Part shown: piece by piece, positions 28,489 through 36,684 of the stretch
Layout of the letters: each line of letters starts with the position of its first letter
Position numbering within the stretch: position 1 is the first letter of the stretch
Program-made: the position numbers and the translations under genes
Assembly (NCBI GenBank): GCA_036496025.1
Contig: DASXLW010000080.1
Location: forward strand, 7,397-71,396
Reading direction: 5' to 3'
Source: Streptosporangiaceae bacterium
Lineage (GTDB): Bacteria > Actinomycetota > Actinomycetes > Streptosporangiales > Streptosporangiaceae
Length of the DNA: 64,000 nucleotides
Notes under the pieces: generated by a model
The model's database searches: none
What the model was told of the DNA's origin: nothing
The model's input: only the letters and a program-made list of their open reading frames with translations

Positions 28489-28797
28489 CTGCGGGTCGCA
28501 CCGGCAGAACACCTCGACCGCTCCGGCGAACTCGCGCAGCGCCCGTTCGCGCCGGGCCCCGCGCCACCAGCCCTCGGCGACCACGTCGGGGAACTGCGCG
28601 GACAGCCGGAACACAACCTCGGCCGCGGCGTCGCCTACCCGATCCGACCAGTCCTCGTCACCAAGGCCCAGGACATCGGCCAGCGCTTCCTTGATCGGAT
28701 CCAGGCTGAGCAGCGGCCAGCGCAGCGCCCCCGTCACCGCGGCGGCGACCGTCGACTTGCCGGTGCCGGGCGCACCCGACACCACGATGAGGGTCAT
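28261..28797 (-). CDS. P-loop AAA-family ATPase / small-molecule kinase-like protein
   Basis: MTLIVVSGAPGTGKSTVA carries a Walker A motif. At 178 aa, the size and layout fit shikimate/gluconate-kinase-like NTPases. Confidence 0.7.
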   Translation of the reverse strand: MTLIVVSGAPGTGKSTVAAAVTGALRWPLLSLDPIKEALADVLGLGDEDWSDRVGDAAAEVVFRLSAQFPDVVAEGWWRGARRERALREFAGAVEVFCRCDPQLAVSRARYRHGVSRHPIHRDVINPSRMLARVGELAATVTPLGLEAPLVTVDTGEPGALAAAVAEVAELAGRPGSP

Positions 28798-28827
28798 CGT
28801 TCACCCCGGGCGAAGGCGAAGGCGGCC

Positions 28828-28863
28828 GAGCCGCCCGCCGCCGGCAAGGGCGACGGGCGGCTC
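28828..28863. terminator. Candidate hairpin terminator downstream of the secreted-protein gene
   Basis: 10-bp stem gagccgcccg / cgggcggctc with a 16-nt loop, lying between stop 28881 and the next gene's start at 28797. Confidence 0.35.
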
Positions 28864-28880
28864 CAGCACCACGCAGACCC

Positions 28881-30527
28881 TCAGGGGAGCGGTACGTTGA
28901 AGACCCGCGTCCCCCAGTTTTGCTGCCCGTTGGTGGTCTGGCTGGACCTGGGCGGGATGTACTCGGTGGCCAGCCAGGCAGAGTGCGACGTGTCGCTCGG
29001 CACCGCGAACGAGTAATCGCCCCAGCGCGTCGACTTCCGGAAGTAAGGCCCGGTCCCTGACGCCGCCACGACCGGCGGGCCGAAGTTGGCCGCCCCGGCC
29101 TTGAGGGTGGCGAACGCAGCGCTCGGGAACCGGTTGCGGCTGGTCAAGGTGAAGACGACCGCCGCGTTCCCCGCCGCGTCGGGCTGCACTGCCGGGTAGA
29201 TCGCGTACTGGCCGGCGGAAGCGATGTAGCCCTGGCGGACGATCGACGCGCCGGCGATCCCGTTCGCGCCGAGCCGCGGCCTGACCTGGAACCAGGCACC
29301 TCCGGCGCGGACCCTGCGGTCGCCGGCCGGCCGTACCGCGGTCGTCAGCTCGCCCCAGACCGTGCCGCCGATGAACTGCGTCGACTGCATCCGGTCATCG
29401 CCCGAGTCCAGCGTGCTCGTGGACCCCTTCTGCGGGGACTTCGGCGGGTTGGCATAGCGTTGAGAGTTGATGACCGTGCTGGTCAGCGTGGGGATACCGC
29501 CCTTGCCGACCTGGTTCCGATTGGTCATGGCCCACACGCTGATCTGGTGGCTACCCTGACCGCCGTCCAGCCCGCCGAGGAAGTACTCGGCGTTCGGCTT
29601 CCCCGTGGACAGGGCAGGCTGCGGCGCCACGACCGGCTGGGAGGCGGGCGTCAGGCCGAAGCGCACGAAGTGCGTGAGCGGCTTGCCGGCGACCAGATCC
29701 GCCTTGTCGATCGCCCACATCTCGGAGCCGAAGAACTGCGGCCCGGTGATCGAGAACTCGTCGGCGGTCACGTACAGGTTGTGCTGGTCGATCCCGATCC
29801 TCGGCTGGTCACCGAAGCACGGGCAGCCGTTGCCCCGGCCCTCGTCCGTGGTGTCGATCGAGTACTCGTTCCACAGCCCGAGCGGGTTCGGGCTGTGCCG
29901 GACGGCGATCAGCAGCGAACTCGCGGTGCTCGTGTCGTTCAGGAACAGGATCGTCGCGAACCAGGTCTGGGTGGTGGGATCGAACCAGCAGCGCGGATCG
30001 CTGGTGAACTCCTTGCCGCCCACATTGAACAGGTCGTTGACGTTGAACGGCCCGCGGACCGACTTCCCGTTCGTGCGGTAGATGCGGTACGCGGAGTTGA
30101 CCGGCTCGAGTACGAACCTATTGCCTTTGCACAGCCCCTGGTCCGGGGGTTCGAACTTCAGGTTGTAGTTGGTGAACTGGCTGTCGCGGCTGCTGACGCC
30201 GTTGAAGTTGACCCGGGGAGCGATGGTGGCCGTGGCCGCGCCCGCTGTCGTCGCGATGCGGGGTACCGCCTCCGTGGCCGAGAACCGGCCCGACGGCAGC
30301 CTGCGGGCACCCTTCGGGAATGCCCGGGCCGGCGCCCTATTCGCCGGCCGCGGATTCCTGGGCAGCAGCCGGGCTACGCCCGTCGTGCCGGTGTAGTGCA
30401 TCACCACGGGGCCTGCGCCACCGCGCGCGACAGACGCCTGTGCCACCGTCGGCACCACGCCTCCCGCAGTGATCAGCGCCAGCGATGCCACCACGGCTCC
30501 GCCGGGGATTAACCGTCTGATCTTCAT
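28881..30527 (-). CDS. Secreted protein of unknown function (548 aa), possibly beta-propeller-like
   Basis: ATG 30527. The Sec signal is MKIRRLIPGGAVVASLALITAGGVVPTVAQA. The mature part is rich in beta-type segments and ends ..RWGDYSFAV..WLATEYI.. I recognised no catalytic motif. GC is somewhat lower than the flanks (38/60 in one sampled line). Confidence 0.7.
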   Translation of the reverse strand: MKIRRLIPGGAVVASLALITAGGVVPTVAQASVARGGAGPVVMHYTGTTGVARLLPRNPRPANRAPARAFPKGARRLPSGRFSATEAVPRIATTAGAATATIAPRVNFNGVSSRDSQFTNYNLKFEPPDQGLCKGNRFVLEPVNSAYRIYRTNGKSVRGPFNVNDLFNVGGKEFTSDPRCWFDPTTQTWFATILFLNDTSTASSLLIAVRHSPNPLGLWNEYSIDTTDEGRGNGCPCFGDQPRIGIDQHNLYVTADEFSITGPQFFGSEMWAIDKADLVAGKPLTHFVRFGLTPASQPVVAPQPALSTGKPNAEYFLGGLDGGQGSHQISVWAMTNRNQVGKGGIPTLTSTVINSQRYANPPKSPQKGSTSTLDSGDDRMQSTQFIGGTVWGELTTAVRPAGDRRVRAGGAWFQVRPRLGANGIAGASIVRQGYIASAGQYAIYPAVQPDAAGNAAVVFTLTSRNRFPSAAFATLKAGAANFGPPVVAASGTGPYFRKSTRWGDYSFAVPSDTSHSAWLATEYIPPRSSQTTNGQQNWGTRVFNVPLP

Positions 30528-30666
30528 CCGATCCCGCCTCTTCCGGATAGAACGTGCCCTGCAGCCCTGTTCGCGAAGATATCGCGGCCCGGTAAAGATC
30601 GACATCAATCGTGGCGCAACCGTGACCCGGGCGTTCACCACATGCCGGCGGCCGGGTGGTCAGCGG

Positions 30667-32295
30667 CTACCGCGTGCTGGCGGCCAGATGGTCGGCGGCG
30701 CGGGCCGCGACGGCCATGATGGTCAGCGCGGGGTTGGCGCTGCCTTGGGTGGGCAGCGCGCTGCCGTCGGTGATGAACAGGTTGGGCACCGCGAAGCTGC
30801 GGCAGTCGCGGTCCACGACGCCGTGCCGCTCGTCCGCGGCCATCCGCGCCCCGCCGACCAGGTGCGCGTAGCGCTTGATCGTGATCACCTCGTCCGCGCC
30901 CGCGGCGTGCAGGATCGCCTCCATCGCGTGCTGGGCGGCCTTCACCAGCTGCTGGTCGTTGTCGCACTGGGAGTAAGAGAACCGCGCCACGGGCAGGCCG
31001 TGCCGGTCCTTCTCCTCAGCCAGCGTGACCCGGTTGCCTGGCAGCGGCAGGAACTCGCACAGCGCGCCCAGGCACGCCCAGTGCACGTAGTCGCTCATGT
31101 ACGCGCGCAGCGCCTCGCCCCAGTGCCCCTGCGCGGCGACGTGCTCGGCCCAGGTGATCGGCAGCGGCGAGACCGTCTGGATGGCGAAGCCGCGCTTGTA
31201 GGGCTGGGACGGGTCGGTCTCGTAGAACTGCTCGCTGCTGACCTCGGGCGGCGGTGCCTTGTACATCCGGACCTCGGCGTCGAACCGGCCGGCCGTCTGC
31301 GGCGCACCCTGCACCATCAGGTAGCGCCCGACCTGATCGAAGTCGTTGCACAGTCCATCCGGGAAGCGTTTCGACGCCGACAGCAGCAGCAGCCGGGGGG
31401 TTTCGATCGAGTAGCCGGCCAGTACGACCACCCGGGCCCGCTGGAGGTGGGGCACGCCGTCGCGGACGTAGTGCACGCCTACGGCCCGGCCGGTGCGCTC
31501 GTCCACCTCGATCCCGGTGACCATCGAGTCCGGGCGGATCTCGGCGCCGTGCGCGAGCGCGTCCGGGATGTGCGTGATCAGCGGCGAGGCCTTCGCGTTG
31601 ACCTTGCACCCCTGCAGGCAGAACCCCCGGTAGATGCAATGCGGCCGGTTGCCGAAGCGCCCATTGGCGATCGCGACCGGCCCGACCTTCGCCGTGATGC
31701 CGGCCTTGCGGGCGCCGCGCAGGAACACCTCTCCGTTGCCGCCGACCGGGTGCGGGCTCTGCGGGTACGTGTGCGGATCCCCCCACGGCCAGTCCTGGCC
31801 GGCCACCGGCAACTCGGCCTCGAGGTCCTGGTAGTAGGGCTTGAGGTCGGCGTAACCGATCGGCCAGTCGGCGCCGACTCCGTCGTTGGTCCAGATGGCG
31901 AAGTCGCTGGGGTGAAAGCGCGGGGTATAGCCGGCGTAGTGCACCATCGACCCGCCGACGCCGCGGCCGGAGTTGTTCGAGCCCAGCGGCACCGGGTCGT
32001 CGCCGTCGATGACCCGCGGTTCGGTCCAGTACAGGTGATGCGAGCCCGCCTCGTCGCTGACCCAGTCGGCGTCCGGGTCCCAGAACGGCCCGGCGTCCAG
32101 GCCGACGACCCGCCAGCCGCGCCGGGCCAGCCGCTGCAGCACCGTCGAGCCGCCCGCGCCGCAGCCCACCACGGCCAGGTCCACCTCGTCGTCGTCGTCG
32201 AACCGGCGCATCTCGGAGCGCAGCCTGTGATTGGTGCGGGTGCCGTCGTTCGGCAGCAGCCACGCCGACTGGTTGCGGTCCCGGACGCCGGCCAT
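30667..32295 (-). CDS. GMC-family FAD-dependent oxidoreductase (large subunit)
   Basis: ATG 32295. The FAD motif is DLAVVGCGAGGS. Downstream segments ..GRGVGGSMVHY.. and ..ITDGSALPTQGSANP.. are GMC C-terminal signatures. Confidence 0.85.
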   Translation of the reverse strand: MAGVRDRNQSAWLLPNDGTRTNHRLRSEMRRFDDDDEVDLAVVGCGAGGSTVLQRLARRGWRVVGLDAGPFWDPDADWVSDEAGSHHLYWTEPRVIDGDDPVPLGSNNSGRGVGGSMVHYAGYTPRFHPSDFAIWTNDGVGADWPIGYADLKPYYQDLEAELPVAGQDWPWGDPHTYPQSPHPVGGNGEVFLRGARKAGITAKVGPVAIANGRFGNRPHCIYRGFCLQGCKVNAKASPLITHIPDALAHGAEIRPDSMVTGIEVDERTGRAVGVHYVRDGVPHLQRARVVVLAGYSIETPRLLLLSASKRFPDGLCNDFDQVGRYLMVQGAPQTAGRFDAEVRMYKAPPPEVSSEQFYETDPSQPYKRGFAIQTVSPLPITWAEHVAAQGHWGEALRAYMSDYVHWACLGALCEFLPLPGNRVTLAEEKDRHGLPVARFSYSQCDNDQQLVKAAQHAMEAILHAAGADEVITIKRYAHLVGGARMAADERHGVVDRDCRSFAVPNLFITDGSALPTQGSANPALTIMAVAARAADHLAASTR

Positions 32296-32984
32296 CAGTA
32301 CCCTTCCTGCACCGGGTCGTCGGCCGGATGGTGGTCGGCGACCTCGAACGGCTCGCGGGCGTCCACGCCGGCGTGCTTGTAGCCGCGCGGATAGGCCGGG
32401 CCGGGGAAGCCGATCTCGTCCCACACCCGCGGATGGGAGTAGAACGCCGTGCAGGCGTACCGGGTCCACAGGCTCCACACGTGGGCAGCGTTGAGCCCGT
32501 GCCAGTCCTTGCTCCCGGTGTCCTGGACGGTCTGGATGAGCGTGCGCTGGTCCTGCGCCGGGCACCGCGCGAACTCGCGGCCGAACATGGCCTGCGCATC
32601 CTCGTCCAGATAACGCAGCGTGTCCCGCCAGGCCTGCGCGTCCTCCGGCATGTCGGCATACCGCCAGCCGTCGGTCTCCATCCGGGCCAGCCGCGCGTCG
32701 ATGAGGACGACCGCCGGGATGCGCCGCGCGCCTTCGCCGGCCTGGCCCAGCAACTGGTCGCACAGCGCGGTCGCGGCGGCCTCCTCCGCCGCAGTGAAGA
32801 ACCCCAGCTCCTGAGGCATCCGGAGCCGAGACAGCACCACGCCCGCGGTGACCGGATCCCAGTGCCCGGCCTGGGCCGCCGTGTCGAAGCCGGGGAATCT
32901 GCCGTCCCAGCCTCCCGGTGCAGACTCCTGGCCTGGTGCGGGGGGAGTCGCCGGCGCCGGGTTCCCGGCGGGTTCGCCGCTCAC
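32295..32984 (-). CDS. Gluconate 2-dehydrogenase subunit 3-family protein (small subunit), no Tat signal
   Basis: GTG 32984 overlaps the upstream stop (GTGA), and its own stop overlaps the GMC ATG by 1 nt. ..LCDQLLGQ.. and ..FYSHPRVWDEIGFPGPAYPRGY.. fit the subunit-3 family. Confidence 0.7.
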   Translation of the reverse strand: MSGEPAGNPAPATPPAPGQESAPGGWDGRFPGFDTAAQAGHWDPVTAGVVLSRLRMPQELGFFTAAEEAAATALCDQLLGQAGEGARRIPAVVLIDARLARMETDGWRYADMPEDAQAWRDTLRYLDEDAQAMFGREFARCPAQDQRTLIQTVQDTGSKDWHGLNAAHVWSLWTRYACTAFYSHPRVWDEIGFPGPAYPRGYKHAGVDAREPFEVADHHPADDPVQEGY

Positions 32985-33484
32985 CGTTCGCGGCGCAGGA
33001 TCGCGGCCAGCAGGCCCATGCCGCCCACCATGGTCACCAACAGCGGAGCCAGCAGCGGCGGGCCCATTTCCATGTTGTAGCGGGCATTGGACCAGCCGCC
33101 CGGCTTTTGGGCGATGCCGCGGGCGTGCAGGTAGGTACCCTGCAGCCCATTCGCGACGATGGCCGCGGACGCGACAGGCAGCGCGGTCTTGGCCATCCGC
33201 CGGCTGAACACCCCGGCGATGCCCGCCGCGGCGCCGACCGGCCCGAGCGCCACCGGCAGCCACATCATCCGGTTGCCGAAGCTGGCGCTGTCGTGCTCGA
33301 AGAAGATCTCGGCCGCGGTGACCAGCGCGCCGGCGGCGGTCAGCGCCGACAGGCTGCGCTCGAAGTGACCGGTCTCGATGTTGCGGACCACCCTGTCGAT
33401 GGCGTGCTCCCGCCTGGTGCCCGCGCCCGGCGTGATGCGGTGCATCAGCCGACCGGGCCCGCTGTGCCGGGCATTGCCGTCCAT
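32981..33484 (-). CDS. Small integral membrane protein (about 4 TM), function unknown
   Basis: Four hydrophobic stretches are present (LSALTAAGALVTAAEIFF, MMWLPVALGPVGAAAGIAGVF, TALPVASAAIVANGLQGTYL, PLLAPLLVTMVGGMGLLAAIL). An alternative start is ATG 33445. Confidence 0.6.
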   Translation of the reverse strand: MDGNARHSGPGRLMHRITPGAGTRREHAIDRVVRNIETGHFERSLSALTAAGALVTAAEIFFEHDSASFGNRMMWLPVALGPVGAAAGIAGVFSRRMAKTALPVASAAIVANGLQGTYLHARGIAQKPGGWSNARYNMEMGPPLLAPLLVTMVGGMGLLAAILRRER

Positions 33485-33512
33485 CCGGCCTCCCTTCCCG
33501 CTGCCTGGCCGG

Positions 33513-35279
33513 CTACGGCTTCAGCTGGCTGATCTTGTCCTTGAACAGCGTGGTGGCGATCGTCGCCTTGCGCGGCTGGCCGCGCAGAAAAGCCTCGGTG
33601 AACTTCTTGGCCTGCTCGTACTCGACCTTGCCCGGCAGCGGCGGTTCGTCCGGGTTGACGTTGACGTCGAGCAGCGCGGGTCCCTGATGGGCCAGCATCC
33701 GCTGCACCGCCCCGCGCACATCGGCGGCCTGCTCAACCTTGATCCCGAGGGCGCCGTTGGCCTCGGCGAGCGCCGCGTAGTTGACGAACGGCTGCGGGTA
33801 GCGCACCCCGTGCTCGGGGTAGCCGAGCACCATCTGCTCCCACAGGATCTGGCCCAGGGAGTTGTTGTTGTTGATCACGATCTTGACCGGGAGCTGATGC
33901 TGGATGGCCGTGATGAACTCGGCCATCAGCATGGAGAAGCCGCCGTCGCCGACGTAGCCGATGACCTGCCGGCCGGGGAACGCGTGCTGGATGCCGATCG
34001 CGTACGGCATGCCGGGCGCCATCGTGGCCAGGTTGCCGGACAGGAAGAACTCGCGCCCGCCGCGGATCATCCAGTGCCGCGCGGCCCAGGTCGCGATCGT
34101 GCCGCTGTCACAGGTGAGCACCGCGTCGTCGGCGGCCAGCTCGTCCAGCACGGCCACCACGTACTGCGGCGCGATGGGGTTGCGCTCGGCGTCCTCGAGG
34201 GCCGCCATCCTCTTGCGCCACTTCGCCGTCTCCTTCTGGTACTTCTCCAGCAAGGAGCCGTCGGAGCGCTGCTTGAGCAGCGGTAGCAGGCCGGCCAGGC
34301 CCTGCTTGGCGTCTGCGACCACGGGCACCTCGGTCGCGATCCGCCCGCCGGCCCGGGCCGGGTCGGCCTCGATCTGACCGATCCGCACCTTGCCCGCTTC
34401 CGGCAGGTGCTTGGTGTAGGGGAAGTTGGTGCCCACCAGGAACAGGGTGTCGATCTCCTCCATCAGGTCCTCGGACGGCCTGGTGCCGAGCAGGCCGATC
34501 CCGCCGGTGGTGTAGGGGGAGTCGTCCGGGACGGTCGCCTTCCCGGACAGCGTCTTGACGATCGGCGCGTCGAGCGTCTCGGCCAGGGCCAGCAGTTCCT
34601 CGCGCGCGTGCCGGGCGCCCGCCCCGGCCAGGATGGCGATCTTCTTCCCGTCGTTCAGCAGGTCGGCGAGCCGCTGCAGATCCTCGTCGTCCGGGCGTCC
34701 GGGCGCGGAAAGCATGATCGGCGCGGTGTGCGGCGAACGGGCCGGTGCCACATGCTGCCACGGGTCGGCGTCGGCGTCAGCCACCTGGATGTCGTTGGGC
34801 ACGGTGATGTGCGACACGGTGCGGTGCGCGTAGGCGTTGCGTATGGCCAGGTCCACCACCGCCGGCACCTGTGCCGGGTTGTAGATCATCTGGTCGTATC
34901 CCGCGACGTCCTGGTACAGCTTGTCCATCGCGACTTCCTGCTGGTACCCGGTGCCGAGGACCGACGTCTCCTGCGTGCCGGTGATGGCCAGCACCGGCAT
35001 GTGGTCGAGCTTGGCGTCGTACAGGCCGTTCAGCAGGTGGATGCCGCCGGGTCCCGAGGTGGCCAGGCACACGCCGAGCCGGCCGGTGGCCTTGGCGTGC
35101 GCGGTGGCCATGAAGGCGGCGGCCTCTTCGTGGTGAACGAGGACGAACCGGATCTTGTCCTGGTTCCGCCGCAGGCCCTCCATGATCCCGTTGATGCCGT
35201 CGCCGGGAATCCCGAATACGGTATCCACGCCCCATTCGGCCAGCCGCTCGATCAATGCCTCAGAAACGCTCTGTCCCAC
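33513..35279 (-). CDS. poxB: Thiamine-diphosphate/FAD pyruvate dehydrogenase (quinone) / pyruvate oxidase family
   Basis: 588 aa. The N-terminus is ..VDTVFGIPGDGINGIM.., and the TPP motif is GDGGFSMLMAEF..NNNSLG. Confidence 0.85.
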   Translation of the reverse strand: MGQSVSEALIERLAEWGVDTVFGIPGDGINGIMEGLRRNQDKIRFVLVHHEEAAAFMATAHAKATGRLGVCLATSGPGGIHLLNGLYDAKLDHMPVLAITGTQETSVLGTGYQQEVAMDKLYQDVAGYDQMIYNPAQVPAVVDLAIRNAYAHRTVSHITVPNDIQVADADADPWQHVAPARSPHTAPIMLSAPGRPDDEDLQRLADLLNDGKKIAILAGAGARHAREELLALAETLDAPIVKTLSGKATVPDDSPYTTGGIGLLGTRPSEDLMEEIDTLFLVGTNFPYTKHLPEAGKVRIGQIEADPARAGGRIATEVPVVADAKQGLAGLLPLLKQRSDGSLLEKYQKETAKWRKRMAALEDAERNPIAPQYVVAVLDELAADDAVLTCDSGTIATWAARHWMIRGGREFFLSGNLATMAPGMPYAIGIQHAFPGRQVIGYVGDGGFSMLMAEFITAIQHQLPVKIVINNNNSLGQILWEQMVLGYPEHGVRYPQPFVNYAALAEANGALGIKVEQAADVRGAVQRMLAHQGPALLDVNVNPDEPPLPGKVEYEQAKKFTEAFLRGQPRKATIATTLFKDKISQLKP

Positions 35280-35414
35280 TGCGCCTGACCTCCTGTTGCG
35301 CGATTACGTACCTGCCACGCCCGCGAACGGGCGTCATCCGAAGCTGTCCGCCAGGACGACGGCCAAACATCGCGCCCGGCGTTTGATGCTCTCGGCCGCA
35401 GGTAGAGGCCGGTC

Positions 35415-36518
35415 ATGGCCGATCAACCAGAGATCCAGGACGTTGCCGCCGCGGTTTACGTCATCCCGACCGACGCGCCGGAAGCAGACGGGACGCTGGC
35501 CTGGGATAAGACCACGCTGGTGCTGGTGACCGCGCAGGCCGGCGGCGAGGAGGGCACCGGCTGGACCTACGCGGCCGGAGCGGCCGCTTCGGTGGTGACC
35601 GACGTGCTGGCCGGCGTGGTCCTGGGCCGCAACGCGTTCGACATCCCCGGCGCCAGCGAGGCCATGGCGCGGGCGGTGCGCAACATCGGCCGGCCCGGGG
35701 TCGCCGCCACCGCCATATCGGCCGTGGACGTGGCGCTGTGGGACCTCAAGGCCCGGCTCCTCGGCCTGCCCGTCACCGACCTGCTCGGCCGGGCCCGCCA
35801 GCATGTCCCCGTCTACGGGAGCGGCGGCTTCACCAGCTACGACGAGCAGCAGACGCGCGACCAGCTGGCCGGCTGGCTGGCCGACGGCATCGGCCGGGTA
35901 AAGATCAAGATCGGGGAGTCCTGGGGCGGCAACGAGCAGCGCGACCTCGCGCGGGTGGCGCTGGCCCGCGAGGTCATCGGACCGGACCGGGAGCTGTACG
36001 TGGACGCGAACGGCGGCTACACCGTCGGCCAGGCCGTCCGGGTCGGACAGCGACTGGCCGGCCACGGCGTGACCTGGTTCGAGGAGCCGGTGTCCTCCCG
36101 GGATCTCGCCGGGCTGGCCGCGGTCCGGCGGCAGATCACCGCGGACGTGGCCGCCGGCGAGTACAGCTGGTCACTGGCCGACTCGGCCGCGCTGATCGAT
36201 GCGGGCGCGGTGGACTGCCTGCAACTGGACGTCACCCGCTGCGGCGGGATCACCGAGTTCGTGCGCGGCGCGGCGCTGGCCGCGGCGCACAACCTGCAGG
36301 TATCGGCGCACTGCTGCCCGAGCCTGCACGCGCACGTCGGCGCCGCCGTGCCCAACCTGCGGCACGTCGAGTACTTCCACGATCACCAGCGGATCGAGCA
36401 GATGCTGTTCGACGGGGCGCCGAAGCCGGAGGGCGGGGAGCTGACCCCGGACCCGGCCGCGCCAGGCCTGGGCATCCGGCTCCGGCATTCGGACGCCGAG
36501 CGGTTCCGCCGGGGATGA
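35415..36518 (+). CDS. Enolase-superfamily enzyme (mandelate racemase / muconate lactonizing family)
   Basis: ..AISAVDVALWDLKARLLGLPV.., ..KIKIG.., ..YVDANGGY.. and ..WFEEPV.. mark the metal-ligand layout. Confidence 0.85.
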   Translation: MADQPEIQDVAAAVYVIPTDAPEADGTLAWDKTTLVLVTAQAGGEEGTGWTYAAGAAASVVTDVLAGVVLGRNAFDIPGASEAMARAVRNIGRPGVAATAISAVDVALWDLKARLLGLPVTDLLGRARQHVPVYGSGGFTSYDEQQTRDQLAGWLADGIGRVKIKIGESWGGNEQRDLARVALAREVIGPDRELYVDANGGYTVGQAVRVGQRLAGHGVTWFEEPVSSRDLAGLAAVRRQITADVAAGEYSWSLADSAALIDAGAVDCLQLDVTRCGGITEFVRGAALAAAHNLQVSAHCCPSLHAHVGAAVPNLRHVEYFHDHQRIEQMLFDGAPKPEGGELTPDPAAPGLGIRLRHSDAERFRRG

Positions 36519-36547
36519 TGCCGCCGAACGGCTCCGCGGCCGGGCCG

Positions 36548-36668
36548 CCCGCAGTGGACGGCCACGCGCGGCGGCACGGCCGGAATGGACGGCCCCGCGC
36601 GACGGCCAGGCCCGGCCGGAATGGACGGCCACACGCGACGGGCCGGCCCGGAGTGGACGGCCGCGTTC
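36548..36668. repeat. About 33-bp-period imperfect tandem repeat x4 (intergenic)
   Basis: The core tggacggcc recurs at 36555, 36586, 36622 and 36654 within similar flanks (ggccggaatggacggcc[a/c]c[g/a]cgcgacgg..). Confidence 0.75.
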
Positions 36669-36684
36669 CGGGTAGCTGACGCGG

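Noticed and set aside
30469-32382. 637-aa plus-strand ORF opposite the GMC oxidoreductase
   Set aside because: The GMC frame carries FAD-binding and C-terminal signatures, and the antisense frame has none.
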